From Antechinus flavipes (taxonomy: Eukaryota): a DNA stretch of 64,000 nucleotides. A program made the position numbers and the translations under genes. The stretch covers positions 141,298,001-141,362,000 of the forward strand of contig NC_067401.1 in NCBI RefSeq assembly GCF_016432865.1, written 5' to 3'. Of the stretch, positions 60,239 to 64,000 are shown in pieces (within the stretch, counting starts at the first letter, position 1; the number at the start of each line of letters is the position of its first letter). The notes under the pieces are model-generated. The model had not been told where the DNA came from. It worked only from the letters and a program-made list of their open reading frames with translations, and ran no database searches.

Positions 60239-61767
60239 GTAAGAGAATGATCCAGACCCAAGTCCTGACTTTGAATGTCTGAAAGGGACGGACACTTGAT
60301 AATGTGTAGCGCATCCCCAGAACATAACTCTGGAGACCTGGCCAGGTGTGGGAAAGAGCAGATCACCCCATTTTGTGGGGGAGGGGGCCAAATCCCACAG
60401 GAGTGGTGTCTCTGAAGTTTGTTTTGGATTTGAGGAGAGTTAACTAAGGCCCTGGAGACCTGAGTTCAAGGCCAGACTGTGCTACTTAACTGTCAGAGTG
60501 ACTTAGGGTAAGTCACAGCCACTCCAAACTTCAGTTTCCTCCTCTGTCAAATGAGGGATTTAAAATAAATAATAAAAGAAGGAATTTTCAGTCTGTGATC
60601 TGTTACGTTCCCTTATATGTATATAAAAACATGTCTTGTGATGTTATACAGTCCTCCAGTTTTTGGCCCCTCTCCATCCCCTTGTAGAATTCCCAAAGCT
60701 AAATCATCTCCTGACGGGGAAACACCCCTCTCCCCCTTCTACCACATAAACACATAATCCAGCCCAGGGTTCATATTTAATATTAAATTTTTTTTGGTGG
60801 AGGTATTGGAAGAAGAAAAAAGTGCCACAGTAGGACATTTAGAGGTATAAGGCTAGCTTGAAGTGAAGGAGCTAATTTGCATAGGGACACTCGTCTGGAG
60901 GGCTTGGAAAAAGGTGATATCCTAATATACCTTACCTGACTTGCTTTTTCCAGATGAGGAAGTTCCAAGTTGTCATTTGGAAGGAACCCTTTTGATAGAG
61001 ATCATATCAGTTCCTCTGAATTCTTTTCTATATGTTAAAATGATAATTAATATGTTGTTGAGAACCTCATAATATCCCCATACTCATATATCCCCTCACT
61101 CAGTCCTTCTAGCTCCCCTCCAGCATCCTTAAGGACACATCTAACTTTTTCAGCATATTCTCCCATGCAGAGGCTTGCACACACAAATTTATATAATCTA
61201 TTTATCTATATGTTGTATTTACAAACACTCAATGCACGCACATTGAGTATCCTCATATGCACCTTATATATTCACTACAATGCAGTTTACATCTTGCACA
61301 CATTCTCTTCACAGCAACATAAATGAGGGAGTGCCTCCTTATTTGACAGACACTTACTTAGCTGAATAAATTATTTCCTAGTCTCTCATACTCACAAAAT
61401 ACCCTGCCTCATTATTTGTTTTCCTTTTCTCCATCCTGACAGTCACCACTACTCACTGAGGAGGATTTTGCTGCAGAATCACCCTTCTTAAAGAAAATAA
61501 ACATCTGCTTTCAGCCAGCCCAATTCATCTTTTTCTACCCCCAAATAGAATTCTGCTTGCTCCTTGATTTCTTTTTTATTCTCTTGCCCTACTTTTTTTT
61601 TTTTAACAAATTTATTTGCATGTTTCTGTACCTATTTTCTTCAAATAACACTTGCAGATTTTGAATGCCCCTTCTTTGCAATCTTTTCCTGTCCTAAGGC
61701 CACAGGCCAGTCAATGTCTAATTGTCTCATTTCTCATACTGCCCCTCTCTTTTCTCCTTAATCTTAG

Positions 61768-62571
61768 AACTCTGGGAACCCCTTCAGCCCCAGTATACCA
61801 CCTGAGCCCCCTGACTCTGGTGGCTGTCGGCTCCTGACCCCTGGGATGGATAGCCCATCAGAATGGAAAGAGCCGGCAAAACCCAGCAATGGCAGCAATG
61901 AATCGAATGGAACATCCCAAGCCAAGAGCCCAGATTGTGGCTCTGCTGAGGCATTGGGTCGAAGGAAGCACAGGCGGAGGTCCTCAAAACGCAAAAGGCA
62001 TGGATGGCGGCCCTACCTGGAACTGAGCTGGGCCGAGAAGCAGCAAAGAGATGAGCAGCAGAGCCAGCGGGCCTCCAGGGTTCGAGAGGAGATGTTTGCC
62101 AAGGGGCAGGCTGTAGCACCCTACAATACCACTCAGTTCCTGATGGATGACCATGACCTTGAGGAGCCAGACCTAGGGAACCCCCAGGGAGCCCCCCACC
62201 AGGGTTCTGGATGGGAGGAGGAAGATGGGGGGACTGGGGACATTGATGGGAGAGGGAAAGCTCAGGGAGAGTTTCTCCAGAGAGACTTCTCAGAAACCTA
62301 TGAGCACTACCACGTAGAGAGCCTGCAGGGCCGGAGTAAGCAGGAACTGGTGCGGGACTACTTGGAGCTGGAGAAGCGGCTTTCGCGAGCCGAGGAGGAG
62401 ACACGGAGGCTGCAGCAGCAGCGGAACCCCCTGGGCCCGCACCCCTGTGAGCGGGCCCAGGAACTGGCAGCTGAAGTGGAACGCCTGAAGATGGAGAACC
62501 AGAGGCTTCGCCGGGAGAATGAGATGTGGGGCCGAGAAGGCAATGGACCTGGAGAGAACCCAGGCTCCTAA
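61768..62571 (+). CDS. HEXIM2: HEXIM2 last exon coding region (first AUG at 61846 gives 241 aa; frame is open from the acceptor at 61768)
   Basis: KHRRRSSKRKRH ARM, RPYLELSWAEKQQRDE, PYNTTQFLM and SKQELVRDYLELEKRL are HEXIM2-diagnostic. Acceptor tttctccttaatcttag. Confidence 0.97.
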   Translation, partial: NSGNPFSPSIPPEPPDSGGCRLLTPGMDSPSEWKEPAKPSNGSNESNGTSQAKSPDCGSAEALGRRKHRRRSSKRKRHGWRPYLELSWAEKQQRDEQQSQRASRVREEMFAKGQAVAPYNTTQFLMDDHDLEEPDLGNPQGAPHQGSGWEEEDGGTGDIDGRGKAQGEFLQRDFSETYEHYHVESLQGRSKQELVRDYLELEKRLSRAEEETRRLQQQRNPLGPHPCERAQELAAEVERLKMENQRLRRENEMWGREGNGPGENPGS

Positions 62572-62799
62572 CCCCCCCAGGGTGGACTCAGAGGGAGGGA
62601 GAAGAAGCTGCCCAGCACTGTGGCCCAGGGGTGCCCCCCTCCGGCACACTCTGGAGCTCAAGGCCTGGGTCTGGACAGGGACCGTTGGGAGCAGAGTTCC
62701 AGGTTTGAACTTCTCCTTCTTTTTCCAGCATGCTGCCCCACCCAGAGTCGAAGTTCCATGAAGACAAGTTAAGTTTGTTTTCTTGCTGTCCCTTGTTCT

Positions 62800-62800
<1 letters not shown>

Positions 62801-62831
<31 letters not shown>

Positions 62832-62847
62832 CTGTAGTAAAATTAAA
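62801..62847 (+). terminator. HEXIM2: Candidate HEXIM2 poly(A) region
   Basis: T31 run at 62801-62831, TGTA at 62833, ATTAAA at 62842-62847. Confidence 0.45.
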
Positions 62848-64000
62848 GTGTCTTGATGAGGGCAAAGAGCAGTTGGGTAGAAATTGCACCATAGACTCTG
62901 CTGGGACCCTCCAGATAGCCTTGTGTGATGGAGACATCTTTAGGGTTGGGTCATCGGGGGAGTGCTTTGTTTCCTCCATGGGAAGGAGCAGAATGTGAAA
63001 GCATACCCAGACCCAACTTGTCAACCTCCAGGTGGGATGAGAATTGTTCTACTGGGACCCCACCTCAGTCCCCAAGGAGGTCTGGCTTTCTCTGAGCTAA
63101 TGGATACTTGGGCTAAGACTTATTGAATGGGACTTAGGACCAGAATCACTTCTTTCTTAGGTGATGGAGAGAAACCCAGGTAATGATCTACTCCATCCAT
63201 TCCCCTAGTGTTCCTTCAAGAAAATGAGGCTGATATCAGAACCTTTGCACTATGCAATGATAATAATAATATCTAGCATTTAGAGAGTGCTTATTTTGTG
63301 TCAAGCACTGTACTAAGTACTTTACAAATATTGCCTTATTAATTCATCACAATAATCCCGGGAGGTAGGTGCTATTTAATATTTAAATCCAATTTAATGA
63401 TAAAAATTTTGTGGCAAGCAGTGGTTAAATGACTTTCCCTCAGTCACTTAGCTAGTAAGTGTCTGAGTTAGGAGTTGAATTTCAGGTCTTCCTAACCCCA
63501 GACTTACTATTTACCATGCCACCTAGCTGCCAGCTATGCAAAGAGAGATTAGAATAAACTGAGTAACCTGGACTTCCTTGCTTGCCTTCCCCTTACCATT
63601 TGGAGATTACAGGTATATTCCATCCCTTGTCTTTTGACATGCTTTTTAAATATAGGTCCCTAGGAAATTAGGGAAGCCCTAGAAAAGGTGGTCTACTCTA
63701 CAGAAGTAGAAAGAGGTGACAATTACCCCTTAAGTCAATTGGCAAACATTGATTAAATGCCTACTGTGTGACAGGCATGGGGATGCAAATACATTCAATG
63801 AAACGTTCTCTTCTGGCAAAGATGCTGAGATTTTAATGGGGAAGATCCTTGGTACGAACTTATATGGGGATCATTCCATTCACAGTTGAATGGGCAGCAT
63901 TGGACTACATGCTATTTTTATCATCTCCATAATCGGTCCTGATCACCTTGTCTGAATTAGTGCACATAATTGAGAGGAATGGGAGGGAACAGTGAGGTTA

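Noticed and set aside
61755-61767. TCCTTAAT near the HEXIM2 last-exon acceptor, resembling a U12 branch site
   Set aside because: It is too close to the AG, and the matching donor is a standard U2 GTAAGA.
1-64000. tRNA, rRNA, snRNA or miRNA genes
   Set aside because: All A/B-box-like motifs I saw belong to tRNA-derived SINE heads. I could not support any cloverleaf or known ncRNA by eye; tRNAscan-SE and Infernal/Rfam would be the decisive test.

Overview
Vertebrate genomic DNA from a marsupial, probably a dasyurid. This is inferred from the MAR1/WSINE1-like CORE-SINEs and marsupial-type L1 3' ends. The window holds the conserved PLCD3 - ACBD4 - HEXIM1 - HEXIM2 block. PLCD3 is on the minus strand; coding exons 1-9 are present (491 codons in one continuous frame) and the 3' exons lie outside the window to the left. 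ACBD4 is complete on the plus strand (9 coding exons, 315 aa, plus a probable 5' non-coding exon). HEXIM1 has an intronless 353-aa CDS. HEXIM2 has its core in the last exon. All exon boundaries were read by hand and checked for frame continuity. Comparisons with human proteins and TF motifs come from my recollection, not from a database search. I found no wholly new gene system. The best leads are: a U12 AT-AC intron in PLCD3; a perfect 169-bp tandem duplication of the PLCD3 exon 9 acceptor that creates a potential poison splice site; a HEXIM2 upstream exon that keeps protein similarity but has no AUG (candidate CUG start); five TTAACCCTTT-type motifs in the HEXIM1 5' UTR; a divergent CTCF pair between PLCD3 and ACBD4; a gammaretrovirus-like solo LTR in PLCD3 intron 1; and a compound minisatellite in ACBD4 intron 8.
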